Positions 20,049 to 29,879 of a stretch of DNA of 64,000 nucleotides are shown one piece after another. Origin of the DNA: Piedraia hortae CBS 480.64. Its lineage: Eukaryota. The stretch is taken from contig MU005967.1 in the NCBI GenBank assembly GCA_010093745.1, positions 248,001 through 312,000 on the forward strand, written 5' to 3'. The notes under the pieces are model-generated. The model saw only the letters and a list, made by a program, of their open reading frames with translations, made no database searches and was not told the DNA's origin. Each line of letters opens with the position of its first letter. The stretch's first letter is position 1. The translations under genes were made by a program, and so were the position numbers.

Positions 20049-23000
20049 CTAAGGCTCAACCTCGAATCTTAGTCGAACCCCCATGGCTGAGAGCTCAACG
20101 TCGAGATATCTCAGCACACCGGGGACAGCAACAAGCCTAACATCATCTCCCCCAGCCCTCTTTTCACCCTGTCGGTCCATCCAGCAATGGCTCGTTGAAT
20201 CTGTTATACTTGCCGAACGGCTGCACCGTCGACACCTCACATGACCTCCTTCCCGCCGCCGGTTAAACGGGCCCATGCTAGGCTGTACTGACAGAAAACT
20301 GCCACAGCTCCGGCACAGCCAGGCCTTGGTATAGTCGCTACAATTCATCAAGCGGTCCTGTAGCAAGAAAGCTGTGCCGTGAGCCAGTAGCGAGTCACGC
20401 TCCATCTCACCCACACGAATACCGCCTCCCTTTGATCTCCCCTTGATTGGCTGGCCGGTGAGAGGTGTCACAGGCCCAGTTGTGCGCACTTGGAATTTGT
20501 CGTTGACCATGTGCCTCAAACGTTGGTAGTACACCACGCCGATGAACACATCCGCTGCCAACTCTTCGCCCGTAATCCCCGAGTACATCGGCTCATTGCC
20601 GTAGTAGTTGTATCCCGCCGCTCTGAGCTGATGTCCAAAGTACTCAGCCGCCGTCTCCCCTGCCTTATCCTTGAATTTGAAAGGCGTGCAATCCTGAGCC
20701 AAGCCATGCAACGCTCCGGATTTGCCTGCCATCGACTCGATGAACATGCCGATCGTCATACGTGATGGAAACGCATGTGGGTTGATGATTATATCTGGCT
20801 GCATTCCACTCTCCGTGAACGGCATATCAATCGCTGGCCACTTTTGCGAACAAACTCCCTTTTGGCCGTGCCGAGATGAAAATTTGTCGCCAATGACAGG
20901 TTGACGGGGTATTCTGAAGCGAATGATGATTGTCTGACATGGCTCCTTGGTGCCGGTATCATTGCCCACAAGTCTGATATCGTCAATGTATGCCTCTTCA
21001 GAATCCTTGTACTGGTGAAGACGCGTCACACCATCGAGGTTCTCGTAGCCTGCTTGTGGAGTCCACGTTACTGAGTGCGATACGGCAATGATATCGCCCT
21101 CCTTCACTTTGGCACCTACTCGTGCCAGTCCATCATTGTCTATCATCTCCCTCCACCTGTCCTTGATTATGCCCCGAGGGGCAAAGCCGAATACTTGCGA
21201 GATTCCACCCCTTTTTCCTCCACGTCCCTTCTTCTCCTCGAACAAATCAATTTTCTTGGTCTTGTAGATCGTTCCATGGCCGAACCCTCGCTCATGTGAC
21301 GACTTGTTAATGATCATGGCGTCGTCCATGTCGTAGCCCGTATACGCCAACACAGCAACGACGGCATTTGTGCCATTGGGGAAATTATCCAAGCCATACT
21401 CATTGTAAAGAGGCGGTCGAACCACCGGTGTTTGTCCACATTGCAGCTTGTACAACTTGTTGTCTGTACGATACTGCAGTGCAGTGCCAGGCGTGCCCAT
21501 TGTTTGCTTTCCCATCTGACAGTTGCCGGTGTAAAATGGCTTCTGTGCTGCGTCTAGGATCTCGCCATTTATACCGTACTGGATTGTCCTTCGAGCCAAA
21601 AAATTGCCATTGGGTACTGTCAGGCAGTAGACAAAACCATCGTGGCGAGGGTTCTCGTATAGCTCTGGCTTTGGGGTACTCACAGCGAGTCCGCCATTAG
21701 CCAACGTAAATGATACAATCCATCCCGTAGATTTGGCTACGCCGTCCCCTTTGCTGTGTTTGACAGCAATCTTGACTCTCATGTCGGCCAGGTGTCCTAG
21801 CACAGACAAGTCGTGCACCAGTGGGATGGAGTTATCAATCACCCGGATAACTCCACCCGTAATGAGAGGAGTGGCCTGTTTCCCAGAATGCACGCCCTCC
21901 TTGAACAACTTGATCCTCTTCGCGCCCTTAGGTTCAGCAGTGTCCGATCGAACCTTGAAAGACACGTTTGACATGTTATCAGTAATTGCCTTCCCCGCGA
22001 TAATCGCTCGGGCTTGGCTTTGGGATAGTGAATACAGCCAAGGGTAATACATCCAGCGCCGAAGCTTCCACCAGTCGCTGGTTTCCCAGTCAGATGGCGC
22101 GGCCACAGCCGGCTCGTTCTCCGACTTTGTTAGTGCTTGGTAATGAGATGCTCGATAAGTACGGCGCATTGTATCATTTAGAGGATCAAAAGACTGCGGA
22201 CCACGCATCATGGGTAGGAAAAAGTTGTAGATGTCGCGGTTATTGATGGTCCAGGTCTGCTTCTCCCCGGGCCCTGACACGCACGCAGTTTCGACAACAA
22301 AATTGGAAATTCTCGCAGCCAAGCGCTTCAGAATGTCACCAATGCACGCCTGTACGGCGAGCAATCCAGCACATTGGATTATGATGTGCCAAGATTCTTG
22401 TCCCTGGGCATTAGTGGTGTGATTGATCCCGCCTTCACCCATTACCAGACCAACGAATCGACACCAGTCGAGATTGCACGCTTCGTCCTTGATAAAATCT
22501 GCGGGTAGCCAGGGGCAGTCTGTCCACAGGTACATGGCATTGCCGTTGTGTCCGACAGTAGGTATTTTGTGATTGATATGAGTGGTTGCCCCAGACTTAT
22601 GGCTCCATTGGTCTTGGTTCTTGCCAGCATAATTATTGGGTGCGACCAGCTGATTATCCAACATTTGCTGGGTTGTATACGCCCTATAAATCGTTGGTTG
22701 ATCTTTTGTGTTCAGATACCATCGATGGTTCTCGTCACAAACAGCATCCATACTGCCACTCTTGAGCCTGTACAGAGGTCCGTCATGTGGAAAGCGAGTT
22801 GTTCCTTCCACGACATTCCATTGCTGAGTGCCTGTTTGAAGGTTCATTGTCATCACCTGGTCTGTTGTACGTATCTTCGAGAGAGCTTTCCATCCAGTGT
22901 TGGTGAGCACCTCATGATCGACAGACAGGCATTGATACATGTTACGAGGTGACTGGTTGAAGTCCGGAAAAGGCGTCTGATTAGCAACGATTGACAGGAT

Positions 23001-25100
23001 ATTCGTAGGTGCGTATTCGACATGAGTGGTGTCGCCGGATGTAATTTCAGGATCTGTGCATGCAATCGACATGAATGGTTGTTCGAATGGACCCACGAGA
23101 TCTGTCTTGTCCAAGGGAAGATACTTTGCGGGCCTGATCATCCGCGCCGGCGACGAGAACATGTACACACCTGGATATTGGCCACCGTTTGATTCTGGAA
23201 TGTGACCAATCTCGAGGTCCAGCGGCACGCCATGCGTACCTTCTACCTTCCAGTAGCGCAGAGTGTCCGCAATCGTTTTTGCCATTAGCGGCCTGCAGAA
23301 TCCGAGGACTCTGCCATTAAGCTGCACTACCATGTTCTGATCCAACGTATTGGCAGACGTGCTGTCGACACCAAGTTGGGCAACTAGCTGAGGTATGGCG
23401 GATACATCCGATGATTCAGTTACAATCTTGCACTTGTGTGCCAGGTGGTTTAGCAAGCCACATGGTGAGCCGTCCGGCGTATGAACCGGACACAGAAAGC
23501 CCCAGCTTTCGGGCAAAAGCTTACGCACCGTAGTCGTCTTCAGCTGAGCAAAAAAGCTTCCTCGATGGACCATGCGAAAGTGACTGATGAAACGATAAAA
23601 GTTGATCTTCTCTGCCACAACAGTGAAGCCAGTCGTCTGCTGCAAGTCAAGACCACTAGGGCTCACCAGATTACCAGTGGCCAAGAAGTACTCCAAAGCT
23701 TGCCCAAGGTTCTCGTTCACTTTCGGCAGGACTCTGGACAGAAACGCCTTCTCAAACTGTGGGTGCGTCATCGGGACATAGTTGTTTGTTCGTTTCCAAT
23801 CGCGAAGGCTGCCGCCGATTGAGATGAGCCATTCTTCAAGCCGCTCCTTCATAATCATACCGTAGAGTGTACCTGGGAGGAGGATTTCCTGGCTTGAGAC
23901 TGCATCGGGGTTGTCGGTGGCACACTCGCCTTCCACCAAGGCATAAAGCTTCCGGATCATGAAGAGCAACATCTGATATTTGTCATTATCCTTCTTTTCC
24001 GTAATTTCATGATTCCCAAGGTGTGGAAGCACGACTTTTCGCAAGAACTCGGTTCCGGAATCATAATCGCTCATGTCTTCTGGCACGCCCAGCACAATGC
24101 GAAACTTCTCGCCAAGAAATGTGCGGGTTGCGGAGCGGGAATGAAGCTGGTAGTTCTTATACGTCCGCAATAGCAACTCCATTCGATCAGTTACAAATTG
24201 CTTGCGTTCAAGCCCTTCGCCGGTGGTGGATCCCATGATGCCTTCGTAGATCTCACGATCATTCGTGTCCCGCAGGGCCTTGATTATCATCAAAACAGGG
24301 ACGAGGTACTCGTTCTTCCTCCAAGAAAACCTGAAAGTGACGTTCCCATCGCTGAGGTAATGCAGCACGTTCGTTTGAGAAGTTTGGTCAGGACGCACCG
24401 ATCGTATCTGAACACCATACTTTGTGTAAGTTTTCCCACGCTTCTCAAACGAATTCCGCTCAATAGCCATGGGGAAGTTTCGTCGGTTGACTATCAGCAT
24501 TCGGATGAGCTTCTCTACGCCATTGACCACAAAGTAGCCCCCTAACTCTTCAGTCTCTTCTTTCCGGACCACAAGCTGCCTAGGCGACAGGCCCTGAAGA
24601 TGACATTTATTTGACCGGAGCATGATGGGCACATTACCCAACTCACGCTCAATCGTTTTCCAGGCCCCACCATTGACACTGTATTCAAGCCGGCATCTCC
24701 ACCGGCCTCGATAAGTCACAGCCCTCTCTCTGCACTCAGCAGGATAGACATTTCGGTTGTTTGATTCGACCATGTTGGAAGACGGAAGTACACTCTTTCC
24801 AAGCGAGACTTCTTTTATTCGCACCTGCAACCTGTTGTGTCGCCAATCCGCGTTCTCCTTGTATGGGTCGCCATCCAGAAAAGTCTTAGTTCCAATATCT
24901 TTGATTGAGTGCTCGATCTGGCCACCGGGTGCGAATATTGCATTGAACGAGTCTACATGTGGGCCAATGGCTTCCAATAATGCTGGATATGCGCTTTCAT
25001 TTGGGGGATTTCGGAAAAGTTTTTGACGGCGAGTAGTATCATATTCTGCCGTCCATTTGGGGTGATGAGGCGCTGAATTTTGCGGCCTAGATTGCACCAT
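20049..25100 (-). CDS. RPA135: RNA polymerase I second-largest subunit (Rpa135) precursor containing an intein; intronless
   Basis: Pol I-type motifs YPAECRER, TFRFSWRKNEYLVP, VRKLLPESWGFLCPVHTPDGSPCGLLNHL, YTGYDMDDAMIINKS, GDKFSSRHGQKG and GGIRVGEMERD. About 1680 aa, or about 1210 aa without the insert. Confidence 0.97.
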   Translation of the reverse strand: MVQSRPQNSAPHHPKWTAEYDTTRRQKLFRNPPNESAYPALLEAIGPHVDSFNAIFAPGGQIEHSIKDIGTKTFLDGDPYKENADWRHNRLQVRIKEVSLGKSVLPSSNMVESNNRNVYPAECRERAVTYRGRWRCRLEYSVNGGAWKTIERELGNVPIMLRSNKCHLQGLSPRQLVVRKEETEELGGYFVVNGVEKLIRMLIVNRRNFPMAIERNSFEKRGKTYTKYGVQIRSVRPDQTSQTNVLHYLSDGNVTFRFSWRKNEYLVPVLMIIKALRDTNDREIYEGIMGSTTGEGLERKQFVTDRMELLLRTYKNYQLHSRSATRTFLGEKFRIVLGVPEDMSDYDSGTEFLRKVVLPHLGNHEITEKKDNDKYQMLLFMIRKLYALVEGECATDNPDAVSSQEILLPGTLYGMIMKERLEEWLISIGGSLRDWKRTNNYVPMTHPQFEKAFLSRVLPKVNENLGQALEYFLATGNLVSPSGLDLQQTTGFTVVAEKINFYRFISHFRMVHRGSFFAQLKTTTVRKLLPESWGFLCPVHTPDGSPCGLLNHLAHKCKIVTESSDVSAIPQLVAQLGVDSTSANTLDQNMVVQLNGRVLGFCRPLMAKTIADTLRYWKVEGTHGVPLDLEIGHIPESNGGQYPGVYMFSSPARMIRPAKYLPLDKTDLVGPFEQPFMSIACTDPEITSGDTTHVEYAPTNILSIVANQTPFPDFNQSPRNMYQCLSVDHEVLTNTGWKALSKIRTTDQVMTMNLQTGTQQWNVVEGTTRFPHDGPLYRLKSGSMDAVCDENHRWYLNTKDQPTIYRAYTTQQMLDNQLVAPNNYAGKNQDQWSHKSGATTHINHKIPTVGHNGNAMYLWTDCPWLPADFIKDEACNLDWCRFVGLVMGEGGINHTTNAQGQESWHIIIQCAGLLAVQACIGDILKRLAARISNFVVETACVSGPGEKQTWTINNRDIYNFFLPMMRGPQSFDPLNDTMRRTYRASHYQALTKSENEPAVAAPSDWETSDWWKLRRWMYYPWLYSLSQSQARAIIAGKAITDNMSNVSFKVRSDTAEPKGAKRIKLFKEGVHSGKQATPLITGGVIRVIDNSIPLVHDLSVLGHLADMRVKIAVKHSKGDGVAKSTGWIVSFTLANGGLAVSTPKPELYENPRHDGFVYCLTVPNGNFLARRTIQYGINGEILDAAQKPFYTGNCQMGKQTMGTPGTALQYRTDNKLYKLQCGQTPVVRPPLYNEYGLDNFPNGTNAVVAVLAYTGYDMDDAMIINKSSHERGFGHGTIYKTKKIDLFEEKKGRGGKRGGISQVFGFAPRGIIKDRWREMIDNDGLARVGAKVKEGDIIAVSHSVTWTPQAGYENLDGVTRLHQYKDSEEAYIDDIRLVGNDTGTKEPCQTIIIRFRIPRQPVIGDKFSSRHGQKGVCSQKWPAIDMPFTESGMQPDIIINPHAFPSRMTIGMFIESMAGKSGALHGLAQDCTPFKFKDKAGETAAEYFGHQLRAAGYNYYGNEPMYSGITGEELAADVFIGVVYYQRLRHMVNDKFQVRTTGPVTPLTGQPIKGRSKGGGIRVGEMERDSLLAHGTAFLLQDRLMNCSDYTKAWLCRSCGSFLSVQPSMGPFNRRREGGHVRCRRCSRSASITDSTSHCWMDRQGEKRAGGDDVRLVAVPGVLRYLDVELSAMGVRLRFEVEP
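21522..22931 (-). mobile_element. Intein, 470 aa, with a LAGLIDADG-type homing endonuclease region
   Basis: In-frame 1410-nt insert splitting NQSPRNMYQ|CQMGKQ. Begins CLSVDHEVLTNTGWK (block A), has CDENHRW (block B), FVGLVMGEG (block C) and VYCLTVPNGNFLAR (block F), and ends YTGN before extein Cys+1. Confidence 0.95.
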
Positions 25101-25245
25101 GTTGTGCAAGAATAACTATCGTTATTCTGGTCCGGACAGAATTTTGGGGGAAAAAGTTGAGTGACAGCGGGACAACCCGACACTAGCCAGAACAAGAAGT
25201 GGGCAACATCCATCTGATGACCTTGATGGTCTTCACTCCAACACA

Positions 25246-26051
25246 ATGGGTATCTTTCAGCGTTTCTATGACTGGCTACTCAACTTGTTCTGGTTTGTAG
25301 AAAGAAATACAGCCAACGAATTGACTAATATGCATGGCAACAGGGCGACCGAGCTGGACGTAACTATTATCGGATTACAAAATGCCGGAAAGACATCGCT
25401 CGTCAGAGTTCTTGCGGTATGCAAGTCGGGAAATGTTGGTCATGGCTCATTTCTTTGTACTGACATGTTTTTGTAGGGAGGCGAGTTCACAATTGAGTAT
25501 ACAAGGCCTTGAGGTTGCTAGTACACCTCGCACTGACGATTCCACAGCTCCACGCCAACAGTGGGATTCAACATGAAGCGGGTGCACAAAGGCCATGTGA
25601 CGTTGAAATGGTAAGTCGAGTGATTCCATGATAATCAATTGCTTAGCGAACGGAAGCTGGGACCTTGGTGGACAGCCTCGATTTCGGCCAATGTGGGATC
25701 GATATTGTCGTGGAGCAAGCGCAATTGTGTATGTTGGAATCGGTTGGCCGGATTCCATTGCTTACCGCCATGGTCAGATTCGTCGTCGACTCAACAGATC
25801 AACCCGCATTGCCGGTAGCAAAGGAAGAGTTACACATGCTTGTGAATAAGCCTGCTGTCGAAAGAATACCGTTGCTTGTGTTGGGCAACAAATCAGATCT
25901 ACCGAACCACTTAACGGTAGATGAACTGATAGAGGAGCTGGATCTCAAAGCCGTGACCAACCGCGAACTGAGCTGCTACGGTATTAGTGCAAAGGAAGAA
26001 ACGAATCTGGATGCCGTGATGCAGTGGCTGATTGCACGGGGGCAAAAGTAG
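25246..26051 (+). CDS. ARL8: Arf-like GTPase Arl8, 6 exons
   Basis: Spliced product contains [47 protein letters not shown] and [15 protein letters not shown]. Five short GT-AG introns. Confidence 0.92.
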
Positions 26052-26149
26052 GGGCAGTTTTCTAATCTCAGTTTTACGATCCGTTCGTGCATCCATCTGG
26101 CATGTGAGTGTGACGTCGGCTTGGCATCGGTTAAGGCTAATGCGTCACA

Positions 26150-26159
26150 GTGACGTCAC
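26150..26159. promoter_or_regulatory. CRE-like palindrome GTGACGTCAC
   Basis: Perfect 10-bp palindrome about 105 nt upstream of the ATG at 26264, with a second TGACGTC at 26111. Confidence 0.35.
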
Positions 26160-26263
26160 CCCGCGTTTCCTTGTTTGCGCAACGCCACGGACTTAAACCG
26201 CAGCAGCTTCTACTTTTCCTCGCCACTCGTCAACCGGCATCACAAAATACCTAGTTCGACAGA

Positions 26264-26745
26264 ATGACTCGCTGCTCCTACGTAAATGGTCAGCAGTATT
26301 GTACTCGCTCAAGCACTTGGGTTCGTGACTCAAAGCGCGCCCCACTTGCAACCAACTGATGGTAAACAGAGCCGTTGGGCCCGCTGGCTTGTCACGGGCC
26401 TCATCATCTTGGCGTTTCTGGTCTTCTGGTTCCTCTGCCTGTAGGTTCCAGCGCTTGCAACTTGTATGTTCGGTACTAATCAATACGACTAGCTGCATGA
26501 CGGCGCGCCGTCGAAGAAAGGCGGGTCAGAAAGCGTACTACGGCACTAACTGGATGGCCGGCAACCAGCAGCAGCAGCCACAGTTTCAACAAAGCCAGCC
26601 ATATTACAACAACTCGGCCCCGCCGCCCAACTACAACCAGACCCAGGGCTACTATGCTGGCAACGCCGGTAACACTGGCGGAATGCAACCACCTCAGGCT
26701 ACCTATCAGCCTCCTGCCGGCCCGCCACCCGGCCACCAAGTCTAA
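26264..26745 (+). CDS. Small single-pass membrane protein of the RCR (Rcr1/Rcr2-like) type with a PPxY motif, 3 exons
   Basis: Spliced product MTRCSYVNGQQYCTRSSTWSRWARWLVTGLIILAFLVFWFLCLCMTARRRRKAGQKAYYGTNW...APPPNY...YQPPAGPPP. One TM helix, a basic stop-transfer segment and a PY motif. Confidence 0.75.
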
Positions 26746-26897
26746 TCAATGACGGGAGGAGTCTTTAATGAGTCGGGAGTCCCTGTACTGTAATAGTGTA
26801 TGCGATTCAATGTTGTTTATAACCATCCCCCGGAATGCATTCGTCAAACATGCCAACGGCTGTAAGTCCACCAGAGAACGGTATTTCATAAATTCTT

Positions 26898-29104
26898 CTA
26901 GAACAACCCCAAGAGATCATCCTTTTGTGAATTGTTCACGGTAGATGTCTGCGCCGGGGGCTGTGACGTCAAGCTCAATCCTGCCAAACCGCCCATCAAA
27001 TCTCCGCCAGACTCGGCCGGTGGCGGTCCACTGGGTCCATCGCCAAACACACCCATTAGATCCTCCATTCCGCCGCCTGGATGTCCTATCATGCCCGGCG
27101 ACGTCGGCAGCGGCGCGTCACCCGTTCCCGCAGCAGATGCGGGCGCAGCTCCGTCGAAATCAATGTCTAGAAGGTTCTCATCCGTAATCGCGCCACCGGC
27201 TTTCGTCACCACAGCAGTAGCAGCAATGGGATTTTCCCTTGCATTTTCCCGCGCTTCCTCAATCGCCGCCGCTTGTAGCGCTGTGCTGCGCGCTTGGCCC
27301 ACCAGAAACGCCGCGGGCGGCTTCTGGTAAACCGATGCCAGAGTGGAGAGCTCGGGTAGGAGGTTGTCTAGTAGAGGTGCTGGTAATACGGGGATCGTGC
27401 TGTTTATCTGGGGACGGGTGGCTAGAATCACGTTCTTGGCGACCTGCGGATCGGCGGAGAGCAATCGCCAGTATACGTATGCTCGGTCGCGTATGTCGGG
27501 ATTGTCGTTCTCAGCTGTGGCGGCTTGAAGAACCTTTTGGACCAGTCCTTGGCTCTGGTCAGGCTTCTTGAGGAAAAGCTTTACCACTGCCGTGAGAATC
27601 TGGAGCTGGGTCTATTTTGATGTCGCGTTAGTGGCTGCCAAGAACGTAAAGACATGATGCCCACCTGTGTGAATTCCTCATTGAATCCGTCGACGAAGCT
27701 CGCCAGAATCTCGCCCGCGTTGGAGATTTTCTCGGCATACTCGCCTACAATCCATATCAGACTCCCCCGAGCGTTGGGCTCGTCGAGATCGTCAATGCAC
27801 TGGCATAATGTGGGAATTATTCCTTCGTAGCCCGAGTATCGCCGGAAGATGTCCTTGATTACCACGATGACTTCTTGCACAACGTAGCCGACCTTGGTGT
27901 TGATCAACTCTAGAAGCACATTAACAGCTTTTTCAGCACACTCTTCGATCTTGATCGCCACCTGGCCAATGGCTCGGATCGCTTTTCGCACAAAGTCCAT
28001 GTCCACTTCCATGGCGTATTCTTTGAGCTCCGCGAGTAGTTGGTCGACATTTGAAGAGTTTGCTATGCGCACCATGATTTCCAGCTTGGTGCCCTTGAGG
28101 TAGGGCGGGTCGTTGTATTTGCAGAAAAAGACGCGAATTTCCTTTTCCAGAATATCGGGTTGCTTTTGTAGTAGGAGGTCTATATTTCTAAGCGCCACGT
28201 ACTGCACTTCTGGCTGAGATGAAACGAGAGTAACGAGAGGAGGAGACATTTTCTTCAAGTATGTCGCCCTTAGTTGTGAGCTCCCAATGTGCTGCATGTG
28301 CAGAAAGACGACCTTAACGGCTGCAAGCACCACAGCAGGATTGACATGCTGAAATTGCGGACTGACACGTTCGCATATGTGCTCCGACTCCTTTGGATCC
28401 TGCGACTGGTAGTCGGCTAGAGTGGTGAGAATAGTGATCCGCCCCCACTCGGTGCACTCGTTGAGCGCAAGAAGAAGTTTCTTAAGCGTCGGTGGGGTCA
28501 CCACGAGCGCATTGGTCTCTGGCGCTGCATCGTTGATCTCAGCCAAAGCCTGAACAGAGTTGGCCACTACCATTGGATTAGAGTCCCCTATCATCTCCTG
28601 CAGCATCTCCAGAAAGCCATCCTCGATGCACAAGGTCGGGTTCAGGTCGAAGAGCTTCGCCACGCAAAGGGCGGCCGTCTTGCGCACGTACGGCGACTCA
28701 TCCTTGAGTGTCTTTCGAAGCGGCTCGCCAATGTAGTCGACCATCTTGTCGACGCGAATGCAGCCCATGGTGCGAATTGCAAGAGCCCTTACCAGCGGAT
28801 TGGGGTCCTCTGAATCCTGGACAAAGGTGTTGACAGCCAAAATGCAGAGATCAGGATGTGATTTGGCGTAGTTCATGAGATAGAGGTAAACCAGTTTCTT
28901 CTGATCCAGGTCGGGCGTGGCAATGTTCTTCAGTACGTCTGGGAAGAGCATCGACACGTCTTTGCCCAGCGTCATAGACATTATAGTCTTCTGGATAGAT
29001 TCTTTGCGTTCCCATGCGTACTGGGATACCAGTCCTGCCCGCAACTCATACGTTTCCCCCTTTCGAGGCGTCGCCAAAAAGTTCCTCAGTCTGTAGGCCG
29101 CCAT
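26898..29104 (-). CDS. APL2: AP-1 adaptor complex beta subunit, intron 27612-27664
   Basis: [59 protein letters not shown] and clathrin-box-like LLDIDFD. Confidence 0.92.
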
Positions 29105-29336
29105 CTCTGCGCCTTGACCTTCTGTGTCTTTAGTTTGTCATCAGCTAGTAGAATAGCTCCTGTTCTATTCGTCCTCGAGATTTTCTCAGCAGTTATTCTG
29201 GCCGTTGTGCTGTAGAACCCACGGCAAGTGACACAATGAGCTGTCGTGGTTGTTATGGAGTCGTCGGCAAAACTCGTGGGTGGGGCTACACGTTTTGGCC
29301 GCACCTAGAACTTTTCCACGCCCACAGCAGACAAAA

Positions 29337-29595
29337 ATGGTACTTTGAGTGGAGCTAGGAAACCAGGACTGACAGTGACAGCCTTCAAATCTACCTAATC
29401 TGCGACGACTCTTTGTTGAGGCACGTACAGAGGAAGAGGAAAGCGCTTACTCACGCACGGCGGTATGGGCGATGGAAGGTGTTCTTTGTCATGTGCGCTA
29501 ATCCGCTGCAGTTCTACAATCTGGCTCTCTTCATGTCATCCGTGGCAGCGTTTAGCTTGTTAGCCCAGAAGATGAGCGGGCAGGCAGCTTTGTAG
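29337..29595 (+). CDS. 55-aa single-TM microprotein, 3 exons (29337-29339, 29382-29462, 29512-29595)
   Basis: Two GT-AG introns with CTGAC/CTAAT branch sites give MPSNLPNLRRLFVEARTEEEESAYSRTAFYNLALFMSSVAAFSLLAQKMSGQAAL*. Start context AAAAATG. Confidence 0.75.
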
Positions 29596-29879
29596 CCTGG
29601 CGGACGTGAACCTCAAATAGTAGTTGAGCAGTGGTATTCTCGAATTCTTACTACGTCCATCTCGCTAGATTCTATCTCATTCCTCGTCCGCCACGTTCCT
29701 CGTGGCAACGTGTGGATGGGAAGCTGTCACGAACGGAACGTTTCCGCCTAAGCATCGCAAACCCAAAAGGGTCCTGCAATTAAGACTCAAAAGTCAGACA
29801 AAACTAACATTTTCGGCGTTTTTCATGTTCATTCTTTTCCGGAGGATACTACAGCCTACAACATCCACTCTTTTGCATC

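Noticed and set aside
21522..22931. RPA135 insert as a spliceosomal or group I intron
   Set aside because: It is a multiple of three with no stops, lacks GT-AG ends at the junctions, and has protein-level intein motifs exactly at both boundaries.
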